This document shows, piece after piece, positions 26,452 to 37,931 of a DNA stretch of 64,000 bases (positions within the stretch are counted from its first letter, which is position 1; each line of letters opens with the position of its first letter). Origin of the DNA: Octopus sinensis. Taxonomy: Eukaryota. A program made the translations under genes and the position numbers. The stretch spans positions 11,160,001 through 11,224,000 of the forward strand of contig NC_043008.1 of the NCBI RefSeq assembly GCF_006345805.1, given 5' to 3'. The notes beneath the pieces are model-generated. The model was not told where the DNA came from. It did no database searches and saw only the letters and a program-made list of their open reading frames with translations.

Positions 26452-26494
26452 CCACTACAATCGTTTCTTGTCTTGATCGACAATCTTCAGGTGG
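26452..26494 (-). ncRNA. Minimal type I hammerhead motif (left arm, unit 1)
   Basis: CCAC-CUGAAGA-UUGUC gaucaa GACAA-GAAA-C GAUU G-UA-GUGG; stem III loop not palindromic. Confidence 0.6.
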
Positions 26495-26528
26495 ACTTCC
26501 AATAATTTGAAACTGACTTATTGGAAGT

Positions 26529-26571
26529 CCACCTGAAGATTGTCGATCAAGACAAGAAACAATTGTAGTGG
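26529..26571 (+). ncRNA. Minimal type I hammerhead motif (right arm, unit 1)
   Basis: CCAC-CUGAAGA-UUGUC gaucaa GACAA-GAAA-C AAUU G-UA-GUGG; 4-bp stem I, 5-bp stem II (U-A at 10.1-11.1), palindromic CAAUUG, GUA triplet. Confidence 0.72.
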
Positions 26572-26884
26572 CGGTTTTTTTGACTATTTATTAAAATTTT
26601 ATGTATTGATTAAGTCTTTCCTTGTTTGTTTTGCAAAATAGTGGTTTTGTCTCTAATAATATTTTATAATATTTTACTATAAAATTGGATTTAATCCTAA
26701 ATCTGATTTTTTCCCTGTAAATTTGGATTTATTCCCTAATATTTATTATTTATATATATATATATATACATACATATATATATATATATATAAAATATTA
26801 TTAGAGACAAAACCACTATTTTGCAAAACAAACAAGGAAGACTTAATCAATACATAAAATTTTAATAAATAGTCAAAAAAACCG

Positions 26885-26927
26885 CCACTACAATCGTTTC
26901 TTGTCTTGATCGACAATCTTCAGGTGG
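26885..26927 (-). ncRNA. Minimal type I hammerhead motif (left arm, unit 2)
   Basis: Identical to 26452-26494. Confidence 0.6.
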
Positions 26928-26961
26928 ACTTCCAATAATTTGAAACTGACTTATTGGAAGT

Positions 26962-27004
26962 CCACCTGAAGATTGTCGATCAAGACAAGAAACAATTGTA
27001 GTGG
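26962..27004 (+). ncRNA. Minimal type I hammerhead motif (right arm, unit 2)
   Basis: Identical to 26529-26571, 433 nt downstream. Confidence 0.72.
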
Positions 27005-27183
27005 CGGTTTTTTTGACTATTTATTAAAATTTTATGTATTGATTAAGTCTTTCCTTGTTTGTTTTGCAAAATAGTGGTTTTGTCTCTAATAATATTTTAT
27101 AATATTTTACTATAAAATTGGATTTAATCCTAAATCTGATTTTTTCCCTGTAAATTTGGATTTATTCCCTAATATTTATTATT

Positions 27184-27217
<34 letters not shown>

Positions 27218-27528
27218 ACTGTGTGCATATGTACTTGTGTAAGCGTGTGTGTATGTATGTTTGTGTGTGTGCGTCTGTGCGCGTGTGTGTGTGCGTCTGT
27301 GCGCGTGTGTGTGTGCACGCGTCTGTGTATAAGTGCGTGCCTGTATGGTTTTGGTTTTCAGAAAGCAATCTTCGCTGAAGTCTTGTTGAGAAATGCGTTC
27401 TTAGGCAAAGGTTATTTCCTTGACTCCAGCTGTGTATAAGGCCCATGCAGTGACTATTCTATTGAACAGTAAAATTCCTCGTAGAGTGATTAATATCGTC
27501 ATATTTATACATATCCATGTATACATAT

Positions 27529-27786
27529 GTGCAGGCGCGTGGCTTAGTGGTTAGGGTGTCACCATCATGATCGTAAGATTGTGGTTTCGAATCCTGGAAC
27601 GGGCGACGCGTTGTGTTCTTGAGCAAAACACTTCATTTCACGTTGCTCCAGTCCACTCAGCTGGCAAAAATAAGTAACGCTGCGATGGACTGGCATGCTG
27701 TCCAGCTGGGGAACACATACGCCATTGAAACCGGGAAACAGGGCCCATGAGCCTGGCTAGGCTTTAGAAGGGCGCATTTAAGTTTT
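27529..27786 (+). mobile_element. tRNA-derived SINE, group D
   Basis: Head tggcttagtggttaggg...ggtttcgaatcc; central ttcttgagcaaaacacttcatttcac..ctccagtccactcagctg; 3' end shared with group C body 2; possible TSD atgtatacatat in low-complexity context. Confidence 0.85.
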
Positions 27787-28144
27787 ATGTATACATATAA
27801 ATATACGTATGTACATATGTGTTTCAACTCACAAAGCCGAGGCTAGTACGTAACCATGTACGTAACACACGCACACACACACACACACACACACAACACA
27901 AACACGTATATGTACATATATGTAAGCGTATGCTTGCATATGTATACAGGAATTCCGGCCTTGGACTGGAACACCACAGTGTTGATTGTTCAGTGTTCGG
28001 GTGGAGTGCTTTTCTGGAAATACACTAACTTTACATCCTACAAGGACCTTATGCATAGTTCAAATTTATAGAAAAACATAGACGAAGACAGGTGTAGGAA
28101 CAACAAGCAAGGGTATTATTTTGATGCTCGGGAATATGGAAAAG

Positions 28145-28183
28145 TCTCTTACGTTTCGAGCCTACGCTCTTCGACAGAAAAGA
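28145..28183 (-). ncRNA. Degenerate hammerhead-like motif
   Basis: CUGUCGA-A-GAGC guag GCUC-GAAA-CG-UA; core position 6 is U instead of A; weak stem I. Confidence 0.35.
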
Positions 28184-28242
28184 AAGGTATAAGAAGAAAT
28201 AAATAGAGAGAATGAAAAAAAAAACATGTTATGTTCAGTGGT

Positions 28243-28284
<42 letters not shown>

Positions 28285-28303
28285 ATATATATATATATAT
28301 ATA

Positions 28304-28479
28304 TCACCGTGATCACCGTGACCGCCCAGGCTATCAGATGTTGCTACACATCTCTGGTCACAATGCGCTTCGCATTGTTTTAGCCTTCAAATGACGCTTT
28401 TAGGAGTTTTCGCTCAATAAACACAACCGCGGTCCTACGACCGCGAGTCTGCTGCCCTAACCACTGGGCCATTGCGCCT

Positions 28480-28483
<4 letters not shown>
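28304..28483 (-). mobile_element. Group C body-3 SINE with two internal deletions
   Basis: Head and tail match 17146-17457; middle segments are missing. Confidence 0.8.
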
Positions 28484-28529
<46 letters not shown>

Positions 28530-29798
28530 ACAGACACACATATACACTCACACATATATATGTGCGTGTATACATATGTGAGGTGCTCCAGAATAGCTGC
28601 ATTCTCATGACTGAACCATGTAAACCAAATTATTAAAGATATACACATATACCTAGATATATAAATAGATGATGGGATTCAGTACAGTATCCCCACTACT
28701 GAATTTCCGTAATTCATCAGTTATTTCAAACCTTCTAAGGGAAACACTTGTCTAACTTGCCACGCAGTTAAAGTGGAAGCGGGGCCGCGTGTTTAAATTA
28801 AATTTCCTAACTCCCAAACTATTCCTATACATATGTATACAAATGTTTTATAATTAAGCATAAGTTCATTAGGATCTTGTGTAATTAAGATAATATATAA
28901 TATCTAAAATAGATTACGAAGACTTCGTGCGCATACTAAAATCCAGCATATAGCTCTCGCCATATTCCAAGGAACGAAGCGACTAAATATAGCGTATGGA
29001 ATTGAAATGTGGCATGTAATTATGGAAGTAATATATATTTAATATTACATTAAGCATTCCTATTTTGTAGATAATCGCTCGAATATTCTTTTTCAGTAAC
29101 AATAGATGTTTTAATTCTGTTCGCATTCTGAGTCGTTTTTAGATTCAGTAAGTAGAGTTTGGGCAATAAAGAACTAACATACACACATACGCCCATACGC
29201 CTGTGCGCGTGTACACAAACGCATTAAACGCACGCATACGCATACGCACAGGCACATACGCGCAAACACATACATATACCTACATCTGTATGTACATTCG
29301 TACGCTGTAATGGAATAAATAAGCAAACGAAACTACATTAAACGCACTTAAATTAGAAAAATGGGCAAAATTTACATAAAACAGCCCACACATATACATG
29401 AATATATGTGTGTGCGTTTGCGTATATAAACATGTGTACATATATATATATACACGTACACGTATGTATATATGTATTCAAATATACACATATATGTGTG
29501 TGTTTGTGTTTGTGTATGTCGTTGTTTGAAGTGTAGATGCGTATGCAAAAATACTCTCGAACGCATGTTTCTAAATTATACGCTGTAAGAAATTATAATA
29601 TATGTTTCGAATACGATGTATCGGCATGTATATACATCTATATAAGTATATATATACATATATATATATATACATATATACGCACATACATGTATATATA
29701 TACATATATATGTATGTATGTATATTTATATATATATATGTATGTATGTATACATATATTTATACATATACATACATATATATGTATGTATGTATATT

Positions 29799-29865
<67 letters not shown>

Positions 29866-29905
29866 TACATATATACATATACATACATATATGTATACAC
29901 ATGTA

Positions 29906-29977
<72 letters not shown>

Positions 29978-31061
29978 TATTCTCGTCGTATCGTGTACAT
30001 ATATTCCCATATTAATGAATAATAACTAACAATAACAGAACATTTTTTGAACATTTTCCTTCATCATTTTCTGTCTAAATTTCGAAATTCATAAATAATT
30101 ATGAAAGCGTATTATTTACATATACAATTGATGGGAATTTAATATATAAATAGTTTACTTAATAAGAAATTAATCTACATAACGTCATTGTTTTTCGAAT
30201 TAAGGATCCAGTTTATCTGCTTCTGCGCTCTCCTTCACAGGTTTAGATATAACTTTTCAAATTCTAGTAATATTATACGTTAACAATATCTGCAGTTTAA
30301 AACATTTCATCTAATATTAATAAGAGCATTTTCAAACGCTTAAATAATAATTTAAATTTGTTTAACTTTATGTGCTAGGCATTTAATTTCAAATTTTAAT
30401 AGTTAGAACTTAGAGGTCTTTTTTAAGCATTTGAAATATATACATATGATATGAGAAGATAACAATTTAAACGCATAGAAATTATAATTCTATGAAGTTT
30501 AAGATATAAATAAGAATGGGAAAACACTCGCGAAAAACAAATATAAACATATTAAGCATATAAACATATTAGGCTAAGTATAAGTAAACTAAATAACGTG
30601 ATGCACAATCAGATATTTCTCATAAAATTTCGATTCTAAGGTCAAAAGATGAACATATAAGATATAATTCTTTCAGTTGAAATAGTTATACCAATTACGA
30701 GATAGATCGAAGTTTAAAAGTAAAAATTAAATATATAATAAAACATAATTATAGTTTGGTAAATATTAATTTATATCTAAACAATAATTATTAAATCAGA
30801 GGTTGGTATCGTACACACTCAGACACAGCACACTCACACACATACAAACAGACACACAAGCTCACACACGTCACTCCGCCTTCGCATCTCACACACACAA
30901 CTCGTGATCATGTCAGTCCACAACTATTAAAGCATTCGTTATTGAATGCAGGATATGTTGTAAATAGATTTATTCATTTTCTTATAGCATGGCCATTATG
31001 TTTCAGCAATAAAATATTCTCTATGATTTATTCACACACACACACACACACCACACACACA

Positions 31062-31101
<40 letters not shown>

Positions 31102-31148
31102 ACACACACACACACACAAAGAGACAAACAAACATACATATATATATA

Positions 31149-31314
31149 CAGAGGTGGCTGTGTAATAGTAGCTTTCTTACCAACCACATGGTTCCGGGTT
31201 CAGTCCCACTGCGTGGCACCTTGGGCAAGTGTCTTCTACTATAGCCTCAGGCTGACCAAAGCCTTGTGAGTGGATTTGGTAGACGGAAACTGAAAGAAGC
31301 CCGTCGTATATATG

Positions 31315-31375
<61 letters not shown>

Positions 31376-31552
31376 GTGTATTTGAGTGTCTGTGTTTGCC
31401 CCCCCCCACATCACTTGATAACCGATGCTGGTGTGTTTGCCCCCCGTAACTTAGCGGTTCGGCAAAAAAAGACCGATAGAATAAGTACTAGGCTTACAAA
31501 GAATAAGTCCTGGGGTTGACCGCAGTCAAATGACTGAAACAAGTAAAAGAGT
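31149..31552 (+). mobile_element. tRNA-derived SINE, group A
   Basis: Collinear with the other group A copies; short deletion near the 3' end. Confidence 0.85.
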
Positions 31553-31571
31553 ATATTGTACGTAGTTATAT

Positions 31572-31705
31572 GTGGAGGCGCGTGGCTTAGTGGTTAGGGT
31601 GTCAGCATCATGATCGTTTTATCTTTGAGCAAAGCACTTCAGTTCACATTGCTCCATTCCGCTGCGATGGACTGGCGTCCCGTCCAGCAGGGTAGCACAT
31701 ACGCC
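31572..31705 (+). mobile_element. Group D SINE, internally deleted
   Basis: Head identical to the 27529 copy, plus gcgatggactggcgtcccgtccag. Confidence 0.7.
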
Positions 31706-31729
31706 CTAGAAAATGTAGTTATATATGGT

Positions 31730-32060
31730 ATGTGGCTGGGCGTTAAGATATTTCCTCCCCACCCAGATGGATCCAGGTGTAGCCTACTCAATGTTGCTTT
31801 AGAAATTATGTGTGCTGGTTAGTATTTCCAGATTTTCACATCAATGGCTCGGATCTCATCAACTGTCCAATCAAGTAGCCCATTTGTTGGTATGAGTACT
31901 GGCACTGCAAATACATTGTGGGCCACAGTTTCATTGAATGCAGAGAACTCCGAGGTCCATATTCTCCTTATCCGGTTGTAATATTCTTTAGTGTCGCGTG
32001 TCCTGTTACAGGTGGCATCGCAAGATGTTTTCATCCACCCAAAGTTATCTGTAACATTCC
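31730..32060 (-). mobile_element. R4/Dong-like LINE fragment (post-RT region)
   Basis: KEYYNRIRRIWTSEFSAFNETVAHNVFAVPVLIPTNGLLDWTVDEIRAIDVK matches the thumb region typical of RLE-type LINEs. Confidence 0.75.
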
Positions 32061-33330
32061 TCGTCAGATACAGAGGAAGCAGTTAAGTCGTTGATGGAGA
32101 TGCTAGGCTGTTCGAATCGAATCGCCGGGTAGAAATATATACTACTTGTGCAGCGGTACTGCTCCATCAGCAAACATGTTACACTATCAGCATATACTTA
32201 GAACCAGGTGACGAATTAGAGATATACCAGAACTCAGACGACAAATAACTGAAAGAAATACCACAATGTATCTCTTATTATGCAATGATTCCTTGAATGC
32301 GACAATCTAAAGTGGTGTGGCATCCAGCCTCGGAAACTCGAGATCGCAGTCTCAATCAGGCTTACTTTGAGGTCAATCACCTACATTGCTGTAGCCGCCT
32401 TTGACCACAAATTACTTCATCATCGTAATTAGGTCTTCACAAATTACGACTTCGTCGGAGATCGATGGACTACCAACAAGAACCATCACCCTGAGCATTG
32501 GTGCATTATCTTAACAATCCCGAAATAACGGAAAGCAAAATTGATATCGGTAGCATTAGAACTCCGATCAAAGGCAGCTATATAGCAAATATTTTGCTGT
32601 GCTTTGTCTGCAACGGTTTCTGCTACCTAATACAGTAACAGAATGTAATAATGATATTCACACACTTACAAGCAATAATAGGCTGGGAATTTTATGAACG
32701 AAATCACGAGATAGGTTTTAACATTACATTATTAGGAAATGCGCATCCAATATGATGGCATTTACTCACATATGAATATCTCACTTTTGCTCAAAAGGTT
32801 AACGAATATTTTATATAATGTATATCGAAAAGGAAGCATGAAACAATAAGAATATTAGTAATATAACATTTTAACATACAATAATATTCATAAATATAAT
32901 ACCAAGTAATAGTAATAACTGTAAAATGCACGTACAATTTGAAAATGTCAGTGATTATGGCATAGCCGGACGTTAAGTCTAACATTTTATCTAGCACGTG
33001 CTTGGAGTGAATATTACCATATTTTGAATATCATTGTAACTTTTGCACTTAGAAAGGGCACGGAAACCTAAGTAATCATTAATTTTTCATATTAGAAAAG
33101 AAATAAACATTTTCCCTAATTAGATATAGAAGTAAATTGGAAATGTGTAAAACTCAACAAAGCTCATATGACATAAATGTTTATTTTTTTTATAATTAGA
33201 CACTGTCTTAAATATTAGAAGCACACGCACACACTCAACTACAATACATACAATACACACACATATATGTGTGTGTGTGTGAGTGTGTGCGCGTGTGTGT
33301 ATATGTAATGTATATTTATATGTATGTATC

Positions 33331-34037
33331 TAGTTAGTTAGTTAATTCTTTGGCTCAAAATGCAAAAAGCAAGGCCATGTAGGGAGACATGGAGTTATGT
33401 ACAGGGTGGTGTTCAGGTAAAGAGTTCAGGCCACTTGTGGTCAAGGGAGACTTTGAACAAAGCGGTCGTCGGCATTTTCACCATCTCGTCCGGCAGCTTA
33501 TTCCACGGATCCGCAACCCGGACGGAGAAAGCCCCTATCCTTTGATTGAGATGAAATCGTCGCAGATAGAGCTTTTCGGAATGACCCCGCATCCGACGCT
33601 CTGGAGCAGGAGTGAAGAACAGCTCTTTCGAGAGGTTACACTTTCCGCTTATGATGTTGTGAGCAAGAATGAGATCACCACGGCGTCGTCGCTTTTCTTG
33701 AGAATAAAGGTCGAGCGTCTTCAGCCTTTTTTCATAAGACAAATGCTTGTGACCAAGAACCATGCGGGTAGCCAGCTTCTGGACTCTTTCGAGATGCTGT
33801 ATGTCTTTGAGGAGATAAGGAGAAGAGGCTTGAATCCCGTACTCCAATATGGGTCTCACGAGCGTGGCATAGAGCGGTAGGAATATGGCTGCTGTGAGCA
33901 TTCAGAATGACCGTCGAATCAAGAACAGAACTCCGCGTGCTTTGTTGGCAGCATGGACGCACTGGGCCGAAGGCGAAAAGGAGGAATCCACCAAGATACC
34001 CAGGTCCTTTAACTGATCGGTCCTCTCCAGCAGCAGA
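33331..34037 (-). mobile_element. CR1-type LINE 3' fragment (ORF2 C-terminus, 3' UTR, (TAAC)n tail)
   Basis: KDLGILVDSSFSPSAQC...KARGVLFLIRRSF*...LYATLVRPILEYG...LERVQKLATR...RRRRGDLI...RGHSEKL...FSVRVADPWNKLP; one in-frame TGA; tail aactaactaacta. Confidence 0.92.
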
Positions 34038-34317
34038 CGACCCGGCGGAATTTGAACTCACAACGTAATGGCAGACGAAATACCTATTTCTTTACTACAC
34101 ACAAAGGGCTAAACACAGAGAGGACAAATAAGGACAGACAAACGGATTAAGTCGATTACATTGACCCCAGTGCGTAACTGGTACTTATTTAATCGACCTC
34201 GAAAGAATGATAGGCAAAGTCGACCTCGGCGGAATTTGAACTCAGAACGTAACAGCAGACGAAACACCGCTATGCATTTCGCCCGTCGTGCTAAAGTTTC
34301 TGCCAGCTCACCGCCTT
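34038..34317 (-). mobile_element. Group B SINE (head plus 1.3 units) fused directly to the CR1 fragment
   Basis: Head ends at 34317; second unit breaks at ttccgccgggtcg, the junction with the CR1 sequence. Confidence 0.85.
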
Positions 34318-34995
34318 GGGTAATGACTTAAATATTACGAATGTAAGATTTAGTAACTGCACGAATTAAAATTAGTATATTCCCCAAAATATATTAACAT
34401 TCTACTGATTTGAAAATGGAGCGTAAATTGTATAGGATTAAATCAAATTCTATACCACCTTATGGCTTCATTTCAAATCCGCTCATGTCTTTGTGTGTAA
34501 ATTTTCTTTGGGTTTTCTTTGTATTAGATATATTCTTACTCCGCCTTTACATGCTACCCATAAAAGAATTTCTACACAGCTAACTGTATATATAATGTTT
34601 CTTTATATATATATAGATCTTATTTAATGAGATGTTTCGATTTAATAGCAACCAATATTAGGTACTGCGTCTCACGTAGACTGTTGTCATAGAAACAACC
34701 TAGAGCGCATTTCAAATTATTGAGCAAAACAGGCTGAAATTCTATTGTGAAAATGTTTAAGTGCTATACTGAATGTCCTAACATTCCTAACAGATTACTC
34801 TAGTTAAAATAAAATATTTTACAGAAAATCAATTTTATTAACTTTACATCCTTTCAAACATCTAAATCTTTTCATTGCAGCCTATCGTTAAATTTCCAAA
34901 GCAACATCACATAATTGAAGGAAATAGTTGGTAAGTCAGTCAATATATAGTTAATTAACTGTGATTTCCAATCTGCGTCATTCGACCAACACACA

Positions 34996-35052
<57 letters not shown>

Positions 35053-35345
35053 CACACACACACACACACACGCACGTACACACATACACATACTCATACG
35101 ACATATTTGCATATATATATATATTACATATATTAGCATAAATATATATATATATATATACACACGTGTGTATTTGTGCGTGTATGGACACACACACGCA
35201 CATACTCGCACACACACACACCACAACACACATACACACTCATACGACATATTACCAAATACATATGTTATATATATATATATTATCATACATATATGTA
35301 TGTATTTATATTATATATATTATATATACATATATATTATCATAT

Positions 35346-35404
35346 GTGAGGTATACTTACCATCTCAATGTGACTAACCACTAAGGGTGGGTGTTACTGT
35401 AGCT
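35346..35404 (-). mobile_element. Old remnant of the family E terminal repeat
   Basis: gtgaggtatacttaccatctcaatgtgactaaccactaagggtgggtgttactgtagc aligns to gtgacgtatatttgccatctcaatatggctaacccctaagggtggatgctactgtagt. Confidence 0.6.
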
Positions 35405-35518
35405 TGTAGGGGTGGGTGCAGTTACTGTTTATACCTCGTTCAGAGGTTTATTATTGCTATATTATCATAAATATATATATATGTATTTATATGTACACAT
35501 ACACATACACGCGCACAC

Positions 35519-35572
<54 letters not shown>

Positions 35573-35676
35573 GCCATGTTCTCAATGTGGTTCAAATATT
35601 TGCAGTGGATTCTCGGTTGTTTACTGATTGCTGTAATTGTGGTACCTGACTGGTGCTTATTTTCTACACTTAATAG

Positions 35677-35827
35677 CAACCAAAGACAAAATGTGTACTC
35701 TTGGAACACTCAATATACAAGTTTGAAATTCGTGCGAGGGGAAGGGCATTGCACATAATAATTGATAGGGATTCAAAGGAGAGAAAGAAAGGCATGAACG
35801 AAATACGTGTGACAGGAAGAAATCTAC
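35677..35827 (+). CDS. Candidate exon on plus strand (QPKTKCVLLEHSIYKFEIRARG...VTGRNL)
   Basis: Acceptor cttattttctacacttaatag, strong donor C|gtaagt, 151 nt open in one frame only; conflicts in strand with the other candidates. Confidence 0.25.
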
Positions 35828-36129
35828 GTAAGTATAATTGGGTGCCGGATAATATTCGTAACTATAATTGGGTGCCGGATTAAGTTTACCATCCAAGACT
35901 TCTGATTAGTCATTCGGACATTTATATAATCCCACTGCAATGTTGTAGCCAGATATTTGTTTCTTTCAAACGTTATCAGAATGTTCCCACGATAACAGTA
36001 TTTTTAACTGGATATATTTAAATAGCACAAATGGTATATTTTAATATGGAAGTGAAACCCGAGGCATGAACTCGGGTCAGCTGGAAGCGGCTGCAGTGCA
36101 TTGCTCACTAATTTTGTTACCTTATTGTA

Positions 36130-36472
36130 CGAGGGGTGTATGAAAAGTGTTAAGCCTAAAAAAAAAAATTTAGTACAAGACTTCTGATGATATATTTTTC
36201 AACATAGTCCCCCTCGATGGCTGGATTTCTGATGGAGTCATGCCTTTCAAATGAAGGTACTTTATAACAGCACGATACTCAGTTTTCTCTATTTTCCTTG
36301 TAACCTTGGCACTTGTTTATTCAAAAATCTGCAAGAAAAATAGTTAAAATATCAGAATCATGAAAATGAGCAAGAATACTCCCAAAAGACTGTACTTACC
36401 AGCAAACATTGTTTCAGCTACCTAGCTGTCCTGTTTCTAGGTTAGGCTCAAAACGTTTCATACACCCCCTCG
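36130..36472 (-). mobile_element. Mariner internal-deletion derivative
   Basis: TIRs cgaggggtgtatgaaa and tttcatacaccccctcg flanked by TA; transposase N-terminus EKTEYRAVIKYLHLKGMTPSEI joined to C-terminus EGDYVEK. Confidence 0.9.
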
Positions 36473-37518
36473 TATTATTGCTTCGAAATAAACAAAGGGA
36501 TATCCTATCATCTTGCAAACTATCACAGGGCTTTATAAATATGAGTTTCGTAGTTTCATAACACACATAAGTGTTGCGGATGATGTACAGAGGCGGAGAC
36601 TGGCAACAAAATTTGAAATGAATGTAATTGTGTCTCGCTTCCAACCATTACATTCATAAACTAAAGTGGTTGCTCATATTAATCTAAATATTTAATTTAG
36701 CGTATCTGTAATGTTATAGAACTTCTGCTGATTTGAATTGATGACCAAATATTGATGATCAGTAAGTGAAATCAGAATTGATGAATTCGATATTTTGCCA
36801 ATTCTTTCCTCCCAAAATGAAGTTTGTTTCTTGTCTGATATTTCCATTTAAGAAAATACATTTATGGCAACAAGATAATCATATATTCATGTATTCAAGG
36901 TAAAACGTTTAATGTATTTCTAATATCAGAAATATCGGTTGTCTCTGTTTCATATTAGTAATGCAGTTTAACATTGCCTAATATCAGAAAACTATAAATA
37001 ATGCGTCTGATTTTGATCATTGACGTGATTTTCAAAAATATCTTAAAAGGAAATATTTTACTTTCGTTTAATATTTTATATTTTAGCATGAACATTTAAA
37101 TTAAAGCTAAATACAATAGTGTGTATTATATTCAAGTATGACTATTCAAACATTGGTGAATTGAACAAAGCAGAGAGAGAAAAACATAAATACTATTTGG
37201 ACAGATGCATGTTTTGGAGCAACATTACCACAATAGAAGAGTTTTCAATTTCTATTAAAACAATTTTATAAGATCAGAAAGCAAAAATGGAAGAAAATAA
37301 AGAAGAACAAACCTCTTCAGTTGTCTCGAATATGTGAAGTGGATTTTTGGGTATTTTGAGTCGTGAGTGAGTTCGTGAAATTCATTAACACTAAAACTTG
37401 CTGATATGTAACAGAGGCAACAACACCATCAATCTGTGAGAGAAGGTAGACTATGTGTTAAGGCGACATACTGGTGGAATAGTTATAATATCGGATAATA
37501 TGGTTAGTGTTATTTCTT

Positions 37519-37931
37519 ATTTGTTTACTGCCCACAAGGGGTTAAACACAGAGGGGACAAACAAGAAGAGACAAACATATTAAGTCGATTATATCGATAC
37601 CAGTGCATAACTGGTACTTAATTTATCGACCCCGAAAGGATGAAAGGCAAAGTCGACCTCGGCGGAATTTGAACTCAGAACGTAGCAGCAGACGAAATAC
37701 CTATTTCCTTACTACCACATGGGGTTAAACACAGAGAGGACAAACAAGGAGAGACAAACGGATTAAGTCGATTATATCGACCCCAGTGCGTAACCGGTAC
37801 TTATTTAATCGATCCCGAAAGGATGAAAGGCAAAGTCGACCTCGGCGGAATTTGAACTCAGAACGTAACGGCAGACGAAATACTGCTAAGCATTTAGCCC
37901 GGCGCGCTAACGTTTCTGCCAGCTCGCTGTC
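37519..37931 (-). mobile_element. Group B SINE (head plus two units) with 17-bp TSD, nested in an old group B head
   Basis: TSD ggttagtgttatttctt at 37502-37518 and 37932-37948. Confidence 0.9.

Larger units (their letters stand above)
26355..27185. repeat. Two tandem ~433-bp units, each a 151-bp-arm palindrome with 12-nt loop plus ~80-bp tail; hammerhead-bearing
   Basis: Arms 26355-26505 and 26518-26668; second palindrome 26789-27101; (TA)n before, between and after the units. Confidence 0.95.

Noticed and set aside
28690-28722. CUGAUGA...GAAAU near 28700 as a hammerhead
   Set aside because: No stem I complementarity and no stem II
32325-32345. gaaactcgag similar to the family E stem III
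   Set aside because: No CUGANGA upstream and no cleavage triplet
33389-34061. Plus-strand ORF 33389-33880 and minus-strand ORF 33732-34061 as genes
   Set aside because: Antisense and alternative-frame shadows of the CR1 ORF2 fragment
35576-35758. Signal-peptide-like small ORF MFSMWFKYLQWILGCLLIAV
   Set aside because: It starts immediately after a CA microsatellite, has no promoter or homology support, and overlaps two competing exon readings
35826-35880. 31-bp-period duplication cgtaa(g/c)tataattgggtgccggat as a regulatory repeat
   Set aside because: Two copies only; ordinary slippage duplication
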